Program-made: the position numbers and the translations under genes
In this document: positions 55,828 through 64,000 of the stretch, piece by piece
Layout: each line of letters starts with the position of its first letter
How positions within the stretch are numbered: the stretch's first letter is position 1
The notes under the pieces: generated by a model
Database searches by the model: none
What the model saw: the letters and a program-made list of their open reading frames with translations, nothing else
Told to the model about the DNA's origin: nothing
DNA from: Candidatus Kaiserbacteria bacterium RIFCSPHIGHO2_01_FULL_46_22
Lineage (GTDB): Bacteria > Patescibacteriota > Minisyncoccia > Phycocordibacterales > UBA918
Assembly: GCA_001779595.1 (NCBI GenBank)
Contig: MFKO01000002.1
Coordinates: 22,279-86,278 of the forward strand
Length of the DNA stretch: 64,000 nt
Reading direction: 5' to 3'

Positions 55828-56904
55828 ATGAATATTTCATTGTTCAAGACCATTTTGCTGGGAGTCTCTATAGTTTTACTTTTTTCGGCCACTGCTGTAG
55901 TTGGCTATTCTTTTTACCAACTTCATTTTAAAACTCTGGTTGGTGAATCACTTTCTATTAAACAAGGATTTTTGGAAGTTGTTTATAATTCTGCCGAAGA
56001 AGATGACGAAAAAATTATCCTTACAGGCGACATAATGCTGGCGCGAGATGTAGAGAGGCGACAGTCTCTGCTGTCGCCAGGGCACTCGCTGAGCGAACTA
56101 GAAGACTTGTTTAAGTCCAGCATTGTTGTCGGCAACTTTGAGGCCAGCATTCCAGTTCTTCATGAGCCTACACCTAGTATGGTTATGAAATTTTCTGTGA
56201 CGCCACAGAATCTCGATATTCTCGTTCAGGGAGGACTCACACACCTATCGCTCGCTAACAATCATTCGCTTGATCATGGTTTGCTTGGTTACGAAAATAC
56301 TTTAACTGAACTGCATGAACGTGGTTTTGTTGCAGGAGGTTACCCGGTCGGTTTGTCTAGCTCCTCAGTTTCCTATGTGGAAGCAAATGATAAAAAATTC
56401 GCGTTGGTTTTTATAAACGCCACTTTCAGTTACCCTGATACGGCAATTTGGCATCCGTTTATAAAACAGGCTGAATCAAGTAGCGATGCTGTAATTGTTT
56501 ATATTCATTGGGGAGACGAATATGAACTAATACACAACAATGCGCAGGAAAGGCTGGCCCATGAGCTTATTGATGCCGGAGTTGATTTAATTGTTGGGCA
56601 TCATCCCCATGTGGTGCAGGATATTGAGCTGTATAAGGGTAGATTAGTTTTTTATTCTCTTGGCAATTTGGTTTTTGATCAGTATTGGAACAATGATGTC
56701 TCTGAAGGTCTAATATTAGAGCTGGAGAAGGTTGATGCTATGTGGCGGGCTGAACTCCATCCTGTGGAAAGTCGTACGGTTAAGACACAGCCACAGGAAA
56801 TGACGGCGGAAGAAAGCCAAGCTTTCTTCCGCCGCCTCGCAGAGCGCAGTGACGAGGCACTTTATGAGCAAATCCTCGACGGTTCTCTCTCGTTGCAATT
56901 TTAG
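55828..56904 (+). CDS. CapA/PGA_cap family metallophosphatase-like protein, membrane-anchored
   Basis: ...ILTGDIMLARDV..., LSLANNHSLDHG, IVYIHWGDEY, LIVGHHPHVVQ, SLGNLVFDQ. Confidence 0.7.
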   Translation: MNISLFKTILLGVSIVLLFSATAVVGYSFYQLHFKTLVGESLSIKQGFLEVVYNSAEEDDEKIILTGDIMLARDVERRQSLLSPGHSLSELEDLFKSSIVVGNFEASIPVLHEPTPSMVMKFSVTPQNLDILVQGGLTHLSLANNHSLDHGLLGYENTLTELHERGFVAGGYPVGLSSSSVSYVEANDKKFALVFINATFSYPDTAIWHPFIKQAESSSDAVIVYIHWGDEYELIHNNAQERLAHELIDAGVDLIVGHHPHVVQDIELYKGRLVFYSLGNLVFDQYWNNDVSEGLILELEKVDAMWRAELHPVESRTVKTQPQEMTAEESQAFFRRLAERSDEALYEQILDGSLSLQF

Positions 56905-56930
56905 ACAGTCTATTCTATTCTGATGCCATT

Positions 56931-57473
56931 ATGTTAAAGCTGAACAAATATGAAGCGGCGGGTATAGGTTTGTCGATCGGTGCGATGGCCCTAGCTCTGT
57001 TCGTTATGCGATTTGACGGTACTTTAGAAAATCAAGTTGCTCTAATAGATCGTTTGTTTGCTGAAAATCAGACAGCTGGAGTTGTCTTTTCCGAAGGGGG
57101 AGTTGAGGGCGCACCAGCTGCACTAGCGAGCGCTATGTCTGGCAATCGAGTTGCGAAGCTTGTTGTTACTGACGTTAAGATTGGTAGCGGCGATGCTGTG
57201 GCAAAAGGAGACACTGTTGAGGTGAACTTCATCGGTACTTTGCAGAACGGTCAGGAGTTCGACAACACTTACAAAAAGGGTGAGACTTTTACATTCACCG
57301 TAGGTGATGAAAAAGTAATCAAGGGTTGGGAAGAAGGTGTGGTTGGTATGCAGTTGGGTGGTCAGCGTATCTTGGTCATTCCATCGGAAATGGCCTACGG
57401 CAGTGAAGGTTATGGCCAGATCCCAGGCAACGCCACTGTTGTCTACGCAATTGAACTGGTTTCTATTAAGTAA
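56931..57473 (+). CDS. FKBP-type peptidyl-prolyl cis-trans isomerase, membrane-anchored
   Basis: GDTVEVNFIGTLQNGQEFDNTYKKGETFTFTVGDEKVIKGWEEGVVGMQLGGQRILVIPSEMAYG. Confidence 0.8.
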   Translation: MLKLNKYEAAGIGLSIGAMALALFVMRFDGTLENQVALIDRLFAENQTAGVVFSEGGVEGAPAALASAMSGNRVAKLVVTDVKIGSGDAVAKGDTVEVNFIGTLQNGQEFDNTYKKGETFTFTVGDEKVIKGWEEGVVGMQLGGQRILVIPSEMAYGSEGYGQIPGNATVVYAIELVSIK

Positions 57474-58681
57474 TGCAGCAAACTCCGATCTCATTTGAAA
57501 TAGTGAAGCGTCAGCCCGGGTCTATGGCCCGGGCTGGTGTTATTCATACTCCACACGGCGACATTGAAACGCCGGCCTTTGTGACTGTTGGTACCAAAGC
57601 GACAGTAAAGGCCCTCAAGTCAGAAGATTTGAAAGACTGGGTAGGTGCTCAAGTTGCCTTAGCTAATACCTATCATCTTTATTTGCAGCCAGGTCACGAA
57701 ATAATTAAAGAAGCTGGAGGATTGCAGAAATTCGCCAATTGGGATTTGCCGACCATGACCGATAGTGGTGGCTTTCAAGTGTTTTCGCTTGGAGCGGCTT
57801 TTGGTAAAGGTGTTACCAAATTTGCCAAAGGCGAAGTGGAAGATGATGAAAAGCCACACGTGCATGGACTCAATGTGTATTCACGAGCCTTGGCAGAGAG
57901 TCACGGCAAACTTTGTGTAGTTGATGAGGAAGGTGTGACGTTTACTTCGCATCACGACGGTTCTATGCATCGCTTTACAGCTGAGCGTTCGATTGAAATT
58001 CAGCACGCAATCGGTGCGGATATCATTGTTGCTTTTGACGAATGTACCAGCCCGACTGCAGATTTTGATTATCAAAAAGAAGCGATGGAGCGTACGCATC
58101 GTTGGGCAAAGCGCTCAATAATGGCTCATAAGCAAAACTACGAAGCCCTAAAGAAACAAGGGCTTTACGGTGTGGTGCAAGGCGGACGCTTTCTAGACCT
58201 CCGTCTAGAAAGCGCCCGTACCCTCGCTTCTATGGACTTCGACGGCTTCGGCATTGGTGGGAGTTTCTCCAAAGAAGACTTAGGTGATGCTCTTAAGGTT
58301 GTGAATGAAAACCTGCCGGAAGATAAGCCACGGCACTTGCTTGGTATCGGTGAGCCAGAAGATATTATGGAGGGAGTACGACTCGGTTGCGATACTTTCG
58401 ACTGTGTGGCGCCTACGCGTATTGGACGCACTGGTACTATCTATATCCATACCAGAGACGGAATTAAAAAAGTCAGTATCAAGAAAAGCGAATACGCACG
58501 GGACTTCAGTAAGTTGGACGAGGGTTGTGACTGTATGGTTTGCCAACGTTATACAAAGGCTTACGTATCGCACTTAGTACGCTCAGGTGAGATTTTAGGT
58601 GGCCATCTTTGTTCGATTCATAATCTTTATACGATAGTCAATTTCACCAAGCAGCTGCGTGAGAGTATTTTGCGCTCCTAA
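57473..58681 (+). CDS. tgt: Queuine tRNA-ribosyltransferase
   Basis: ...LANTYHLYLQPG..., catalytic region, zinc site CDCMVCQRYTKAYVSHL. Confidence 0.9.
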   Translation: MQQTPISFEIVKRQPGSMARAGVIHTPHGDIETPAFVTVGTKATVKALKSEDLKDWVGAQVALANTYHLYLQPGHEIIKEAGGLQKFANWDLPTMTDSGGFQVFSLGAAFGKGVTKFAKGEVEDDEKPHVHGLNVYSRALAESHGKLCVVDEEGVTFTSHHDGSMHRFTAERSIEIQHAIGADIIVAFDECTSPTADFDYQKEAMERTHRWAKRSIMAHKQNYEALKKQGLYGVVQGGRFLDLRLESARTLASMDFDGFGIGGSFSKEDLGDALKVVNENLPEDKPRHLLGIGEPEDIMEGVRLGCDTFDCVAPTRIGRTGTIYIHTRDGIKKVSIKKSEYARDFSKLDEGCDCMVCQRYTKAYVSHLVRSGEILGGHLCSIHNLYTIVNFTKQLRESILRS

Positions 58682-58773
58682 CAAACATGCTAGACTTTAT
58701 ATGTAACCGAGGACCTGGGCCCGCCATGGCCCTTCCGCCCTCGGTCGCAGAGCATACCAACCTACGAATCCTG

Positions 58774-58807
58774 GCGGGCAACTCAAATTGCCCGTCTTTT
58801 TTTATTG
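58774..58807 (+). terminator. Rho-independent terminator
   Basis: ggcgggcaa-ctcaaa-ttgcccgtc (one G.U pair) followed by TTTTTTTTAT. Confidence 0.75.
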
Positions 58808-58832
58808 CCCAACTTCGGATACACTGAGGCCA

Positions 58833-60866
58833 ATGAAATTTGAGCTCGCAACTGACAAAACACCAGCTGGTGATCAGCCACAAGCTATAGAGAAGCTAAT
58901 CGCTGGATTGAAGGCTGGAGCAGAACACCAGACCCTACTTGGTGTGACTGGCTCCGGTAAGACCTTTACCGCGGCCAATGTGATAGCTTCTGTGCAGAAG
59001 CCTACTTTGGTGATCGCCCATAACAAAACTTTGGCTGCTCAGCTAGCGCAAGAATATCGTGACTTTTTTCCTAATAACGCAGTGCACTACTTCGTTTCTT
59101 ATTACGACTACTACCAGCCGGAAGCCTATATGCCGGTGTCCGACACCTATATTGAGAAAGAAGCTCAAATCAATAAGGAAATCGACCGCCTACGTCATGC
59201 TAGTACTCAGGCATTGCTGACGCGCAAGGATGTAATTATCGTAGCTTCGGTTTCTTGTATCTATGGTTTAGGTTCACCGATTGAGTACGAAAAAGTACAT
59301 AAAAAATTTGAGAAAGGTTTTAAAACCAATCGAGCAGAACTTTTGCGCACTTTAGTTTCGATGTATTTTGAACGAACTACCGCTGATCTGATGCCGGGCC
59401 ATTTTCGCGCTGTCGGCAACACTGTGGAAATAATGCCCACCAACGAGAAGGCAATCTATCGCCTAAGCTTTGATGGTGATGTCGTCTCCAGTATCACTAA
59501 GATTGATGCAACGACGCGAGCTATCATTGAAGAATCGGAAAACTTTTTTCTTTTTCCTGCTAAGCATTTCGTTACTCCAGAAGCAGAAAGAGCACGAGCG
59601 ATTGAAGACATTAAGTTAGAACTAGACGAGCAGCTAAAGAAATTTAAGAAGGAAGAAAAGCTGTTGGAAACAGAGCGTTTAAAGCGTCGTACTGACTACG
59701 ACCTCGCAATGATTCGAGAGATCGGTTACTGCAATGGCATTGAGAACTACTCAAGGCATTTCGATGGACGACAGGTGGATGAACCGCCTTATACCTTGCT
59801 CGATTATTTCCCACACAAAGCGGATGGATCTGCAGACTTTCTAACCATTATCGATGAGTCGCACGTAACTATTCCTCAGATCGGTGGTATGTACGCTGGA
59901 GACCGCGCGCGCAAGGATACTTTGGTTGACTATGGTTTTCGCTTGCCAAGTGCAAAAGATAACCGACCGCTGAAGTTTGATGAGTTTGAAAAACGAGTTG
60001 GTCAGCGTATTTACACCTCTGCAACGCCAGGCAAATACGAGTTTGAGAAAGCAGAGACCACGGGATTTCCGATGGTTGAGCAAATCATCCGCCCGACTGG
60101 CTTGGTAGATCCAGAAATTGACCTGCGACCGATTGTTGAGAAAGGCAGTTACCCCGGACAGGTAAAGGATTTCATTGAGGAAGCTGAAAAAATAATCAAA
60201 GGGGGAGCACGCGTGCTTACTACTGTACTCACCAAACAGATGGCTGAAGACTTGGCTGAATTCCTTGAAGGAAAAGGAATCAAAACCAAATACATTCACA
60301 GCGATGTTGAGACATTGGAGCGAATTGAAATTTTGACAGACTTCCGCAAAGGAGTGTTTGACTGTCTCGTTGGAGTGAACCTACTTCGTGAAGGACTCGA
60401 CTTACCAGAGGTTGAGCTTGTGGCAATTCTAGATGCTGACAAGACGGGTTTCTTGCGCAGTGAGACGGCCTTGATTCAGACTATCGGTCGTGCCGCACGT
60501 AACGTAAATGGTCGCGTGATTCTATATGCTGACGAAATCACAAAAGCTCTAGAATTTGCGATAGGCGAGACTAATCGCCGCCGTAGCATCCAGCTGGCTT
60601 ACAACAAAGAACACGGCATTACACCGCAAACCATCAAGAAAGAAATAAAATCAATTGCCGATCAACTCCGAACTGTACACGACGAAACTGTTCATACGCT
60701 GCTTACTGTAGATATGGATTTGTTTAAAAAGAATCCTAAGAAAGTTCTGAAAGAAAAACGCCAGCAAATGAACGAGGCGGTTTCTCTTCTCGACTTCGAA
60801 ACCGCCGCCATCATTCGAGACGAGATCAAAGTTTTGGAGGAGTCTGCCAATCGCAAGAAAAAATAA
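58833..60866 (+). CDS. uvrB: Excinuclease ABC subunit B
   Basis: ...LLGVTGSGKTFTAANVIA... Walker A, helicase motifs, C-terminal UvrB/UvrC-interaction helix; ATG at 58833 preferred. Confidence 0.9.
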   Translation: MKFELATDKTPAGDQPQAIEKLIAGLKAGAEHQTLLGVTGSGKTFTAANVIASVQKPTLVIAHNKTLAAQLAQEYRDFFPNNAVHYFVSYYDYYQPEAYMPVSDTYIEKEAQINKEIDRLRHASTQALLTRKDVIIVASVSCIYGLGSPIEYEKVHKKFEKGFKTNRAELLRTLVSMYFERTTADLMPGHFRAVGNTVEIMPTNEKAIYRLSFDGDVVSSITKIDATTRAIIEESENFFLFPAKHFVTPEAERARAIEDIKLELDEQLKKFKKEEKLLETERLKRRTDYDLAMIREIGYCNGIENYSRHFDGRQVDEPPYTLLDYFPHKADGSADFLTIIDESHVTIPQIGGMYAGDRARKDTLVDYGFRLPSAKDNRPLKFDEFEKRVGQRIYTSATPGKYEFEKAETTGFPMVEQIIRPTGLVDPEIDLRPIVEKGSYPGQVKDFIEEAEKIIKGGARVLTTVLTKQMAEDLAEFLEGKGIKTKYIHSDVETLERIEILTDFRKGVFDCLVGVNLLREGLDLPEVELVAILDADKTGFLRSETALIQTIGRAARNVNGRVILYADEITKALEFAIGETNRRRSIQLAYNKEHGITPQTIKKEIKSIADQLRTVHDETVHTLLTVDMDLFKKNPKKVLKEKRQQMNEAVSLLDFETAAIIRDEIKVLEESANRKKK

Positions 60867-60921
60867 AGAGTCTTTTTGCTGGATTGAAAAAAGACTCTAA
60901 AAGGGAAAGAACAAACAGTTT

Positions 60922-61641
60922 CTATTGAGTAAAGGCTGACGCTGAACCGTAGCTTACAGCAGCTATGTTGGTCCGGCGAAAGTCGAACTCCAGTTGTTTT
61001 TTACGGAAACGGAAGACCGGCGCGCATGAGAAGACGCCGTCAGCATCGGGAGCATACTCGTCTCCGGCAAAGTCTATCCAGAGGTCGTTGTTATCCTCTA
61101 CAAATTCTGGGAAACGTTCCGGATGAGTGAGTAGTATAATGCCGCCCGCAAATGCACCAAGTCCGAATTCGTTGTGAGCGAATTTTTCCCGCGAAAGACG
61201 AGTGGAATGTCCGCGGTACTTTATGCCTGTTTGTGCCGGGAGCAGAATAACATTGCTTTTCTGTTTTCGGCCCAACCTTCTCCAGGCATTTTCAGACCTT
61301 ACAGACTGCCGAAGCTCACCTTTGCCAAATGAATACTTCTGGTAATTGTAGAAATTACCATCGTAGCGTTTTTCCAGCTTATCCAGCAGCATTTTTAATG
61401 CTTCGTTGTAGCTGGGTGAAAACGTCTCGAATCTAGGGATCAGAAACGCCCCGTCTGCACCGGGCGCGCTGTAGTTTGCGTCCAGATTGCCAGTGACGTG
61501 TTCGATGCCTGTAAATTCCTTCCGCAAAATCCGCATTTGCTCTGCTAAAGGCTTCGGTTTGTATTCCGACGGGTATTTGTACTCCGAGGCCACGTGCTCA
61601 CTCTCGAACTTTCCGGTGGTATTTTGTACAACCTTGTTCAT
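60922..61641 (-). CDS. Hypothetical protein
   Basis: 239 aa from internal Met (MNKVVQ...); no recognised domain. Confidence 0.4.
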   Translation of the reverse strand: MNKVVQNTTGKFESEHVASEYKYPSEYKPKPLAEQMRILRKEFTGIEHVTGNLDANYSAPGADGAFLIPRFETFSPSYNEALKMLLDKLEKRYDGNFYNYQKYSFGKGELRQSVRSENAWRRLGRKQKSNVILLPAQTGIKYRGHSTRLSREKFAHNEFGLGAFAGGIILLTHPERFPEFVEDNNDLWIDFAGDEYAPDADGVFSCAPVFRFRKKQLEFDFRRTNIAAVSYGSASAFTQ

Positions 61642-61800
61642 AGCGCATCTCCGTTTCTGTTGTAAGGTACCGCCTAGTAAAAATATGAACCTTATACATT
61701 TAAGCGTCAAGTCTCTCCTCATCTGTGCCAGAAAAAACACTTTATGCTATACTCGCTTCCGTAATAAAACCTTCGGCTCCAACCGGAGGCGGTGTGCTAT

Positions 61801-64000
61801 ATGGCTGTAAAAAAGACCAAAACAGAGATGAACGAAAGAAGCGAGAAAATCGTGGTGCGTGGTGCGCGTACCCATAATTTGAAGAACATTGACGTTGAGA
61901 TGCCTCGCGGGAAAATGATTGCCATCACCGGACCATCTGGTAGCGGCAAGTCTTCGCTGGCATTCGACACCATTTTTGCTGAAGGACAGCGTCGTTATGT
62001 GGAATCGCTTTCGCCTTACGCACGACAGTTTTTGAACAAACTGCAAAAGCCAGATGTCGATGAGATCAGCGGTCTTTCACCGGCTATCTCGATCGATCAG
62101 AAGTCTGCTAGCCGCAACCCGCGCTCCACTGTTGCAACTATTACGGAGATTTATGATTACCTTCGTATTCTTTATGCTCGAGTTGGTCAACCATACTGTC
62201 TTACCGAAGATGTGGCGATCGAGAAGCTTTCACAAGATGAGATTCTTGGCATTGTACTGAAGTCAATCGAAGAGCATGAAGTGAAGGACGCGAAGAAGGA
62301 AAAAGTGTTGGGAATTGAAGTTTCGAAAGGAAAGGTGGCAATTTTTGCACCATTGGTTGTTGGTCGTAAAGGCGAGTACTACCAGTTGCTTTATGATTTG
62401 CTCAACAAAGGTTACGAAACAGTGAAGATCGACGGACAAGTTAAACAACTTCGTGAACGAATTGAACTGAAGAAAAATCAACGACACGATATCGACGTGA
62501 TGATTGATGCTATTTACGTGAGCGAATTCACTGATGATGCCCGAGGTTCACGCGAACGATTGTCAGAAGCAGTCGAATTGGCACTCAAAGAATCGAATGG
62601 TTTGGTAAAAGTGGAGCGACCGGATGGTACTGACCGAACGCTTTCAGCCAAATTCATTTGCCCTATTGACGGCTCGTCTTTTCCAGAGGTTGAACCGCGA
62701 CTCTTTTCATTCAACTCACCTTACGGAGCTTGTCCAGAATGTAACGGTCTTGGAGTCGTAGGTATTTTCCAATCTGATGAGTGTCCGGCCTGTAAGGGTG
62801 CACGTCTGCGTCCAGAAGCCCTTCGTGTTTATCTAGGTGGTGGACCGAAAGACGGAAAGAACGTCGTTGATTTCACTAATATGTCGGTCAATGAGGCGAG
62901 TGACTTTATTGCAAAGTTAAAACTCACTAAGCAACAGCAGGATATCGCTTGGCCAGCCTTGCGCGAGATCATTGAACGCCTAGAGTTTATGAAAAACGTC
63001 GGTATCCAATACCTGACTCTCAATCGTCGTGCCAACACACTTTCTGGCGGCGAGGCACAACGTATTCGTCTTGCTTCTCAGTTAGGAAGTGGATTAGTTG
63101 GCGCGCTTTACGTGCTTGATGAACCTACTATTGGTCTTCACCAACGTGATAATGATCGTTTGATCAGCACGCTCACTTCACTCCGCGATCTCGGCAACAC
63201 CATCATTGTGGTGGAGCACGATGAGGACACTATTTACGCTGCAGACTACCTCATCGATATTGGTCCTGGCGCCGGTGTACATGGAGGAGAAGTAGTAGTA
63301 GCTGATTACTTGGAAAAACTACTCTCTGATAAGAAGAATGAGTCTGGTTCAATTACACTCGATTACTTGCGTGGAGATAAAAAGATCGAGATACCAGAGC
63401 GTCGAGACAGCGAGAAGGGCAAGATTCAGATTAAAGGCGGCAAGGCTTTTAATATCAAGAACTTAAATGTCGATATTCCTCTTGGTCGGTTGATTGCAAT
63501 CACTGGCGTGTCTGGTAGTGGCAAGTCCACTTTTATGTACGAGATTTTGCATAAAAATCTTTTGGCGCGGCTGGAGCGTCGTTATCGTACGGCGAAAACA
63601 TTCAACGTAGCTTCGATCACTGGCACCGAATACCTTGGCCGTTCAGTTCTTATTGACCAATCACCGATCGGACGAACACCACGTTCGAACCCGGCTACAT
63701 ACACCGGTGCCTTCACTCATATACGAGATATGTTTGCCGCTACGGGAGAAGCACGAGCCCGCGGTTGGAAACCTGGACGCTTCTCATTCAATGTTAAAGG
63801 CGGACGCTGTGAGGCTTGTCAGGGTAATGGCGAGATTGCAGTTGAGATGCACTTTTTGCCAACTGTGTATGTGACCTGTGATGTTTGTGACGGAAAACGA
63901 TTTACAAAGGAAACTCTCGAGGTTACTTATCGTAAGAAAAATATTTACGAAGTTCTTCATCTTACTATTGAAGAGGCTTACAACTTTTTTAATGATGTTC
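61801..64000 (+). CDS. uvrA: Excinuclease ABC subunit A, 5' part (continues past window end)
   Basis: MAVKKTKTEMNERSEKIVVRGARTHNLKNIDVEMPRGKMIAITGPSGSGKSSLAFDTIFAEGQRRY...; later LSGGEAQRIRLASQLGSGL and GVSGSGKST; no in-frame stop seen to 64000 (absent from the ORF track, presumably because it is open-ended). Confidence 0.9.
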   Translation, partial: MAVKKTKTEMNERSEKIVVRGARTHNLKNIDVEMPRGKMIAITGPSGSGKSSLAFDTIFAEGQRRYVESLSPYARQFLNKLQKPDVDEISGLSPAISIDQKSASRNPRSTVATITEIYDYLRILYARVGQPYCLTEDVAIEKLSQDEILGIVLKSIEEHEVKDAKKEKVLGIEVSKGKVAIFAPLVVGRKGEYYQLLYDLLNKGYETVKIDGQVKQLRERIELKKNQRHDIDVMIDAIYVSEFTDDARGSRERLSEAVELALKESNGLVKVERPDGTDRTLSAKFICPIDGSSFPEVEPRLFSFNSPYGACPECNGLGVVGIFQSDECPACKGARLRPEALRVYLGGGPKDGKNVVDFTNMSVNEASDFIAKLKLTKQQQDIAWPALREIIERLEFMKNVGIQYLTLNRRANTLSGGEAQRIRLASQLGSGLVGALYVLDEPTIGLHQRDNDRLISTLTSLRDLGNTIIVVEHDEDTIYAADYLIDIGPGAGVHGGEVVVADYLEKLLSDKKNESGSITLDYLRGDKKIEIPERRDSEKGKIQIKGGKAFNIKNLNVDIPLGRLIAITGVSGSGKSTFMYEILHKNLLARLERRYRTAKTFNVASITGTEYLGRSVLIDQSPIGRTPRSNPATYTGAFTHIRDMFAATGEARARGWKPGRFSFNVKGGRCEACQGNGEIAVEMHFLPTVYVTCDVCDGKRFTKETLEVTYRKKNIYEVLHLTIEEAYNFFNDV

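Noticed and set aside
58644-58883. 79-aa minus-strand ORF spanning the tgt terminator and the uvrB start
   Set aside because: It crosses a terminator and two gene ends, so it is implausible.
1-64000. Searched by eye for CRISPR arrays, rRNA genes, transposase/integrase genes, restriction-modification or other recognisable defence genes
   Set aside because: I saw no regularly spaced direct repeats, no rRNA signatures and no transposase or integrase motifs. The two non-rRNA SAM methyltransferases lack an adjacent nuclease partner.

Overview
The window is a gene-dense, mostly plus-strand stretch of a small bacterial genome. By eye the GC content is moderate to low. Many proteins are membrane-anchored or secreted. 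The gene content (type IV pilin, one giant surface protein, minimal housekeeping set) is reminiscent of Patescibacteria/CPR-like organisms. That attribution is inference only.

Housekeeping genes I recognise are groES-groEL, secG, typA/bipA, tgt, uvrB and the 5' part of uvrA (runs off the window end). Others are RNase J, an RsuA/RluB-type pseudouridine synthase, TrmH/SpoU and RlmI-like rRNA methyltransferases, an ECF sigma factor with an overlapping putative anti-sigma gene, and a Fur-family regulator. The LemA, NUDIX and HtpX genes sit together. A umuD'-umuC translesion-polymerase pair, HAD hydrolase, FKBP, CapA-family protein, AI-2E transporter, DsbA-like protein and CAP-domain protein are also present. 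A tRNA-Ser(GGA) lies on the minus strand.

Accessory content includes three ATP-grasp ligase genes in a row (two RimK-like, arranged convergently with overlapping ends). There is a tight glycoside-hydrolase operon (GH1, a polytopic membrane protein, a GH5-like enzyme, a bactofilin-like repeat protein). Tandem M14 carboxypeptidase paralogues, two META/HslJ-domain paralogues and a 1609-aa surface protein with an internal domain duplication complete the list.

The most unusual signal is four short GC-rich islands at about 9.2-9.95 kb, 14.8-15.2 kb, 26.2-26.6 kb and 42.85-43.1 kb. They are compositionally unlike their flanks. Each sits in an intergenic gap and carries a consensus-like Shine-Dalgarno, a 7-nt spacer and an ATG. 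Each encodes a small orphan protein with no family I recognise, and three end in an exact-stem rho-independent terminator. Two further orphan ORFs of nearer-background GC (21168..21668 and 38693..39004) carry similar consensus expression signals. Short tRNA-Ser 3'-end fragments sit next to the second, hinting at past integration. I cannot tell from sequence alone whether the islands are horizontally acquired micro-cassettes, an assembly chimera or engineered inserts. I found no CRISPR array, rRNA, transposase or recognisable defence-system proteins.
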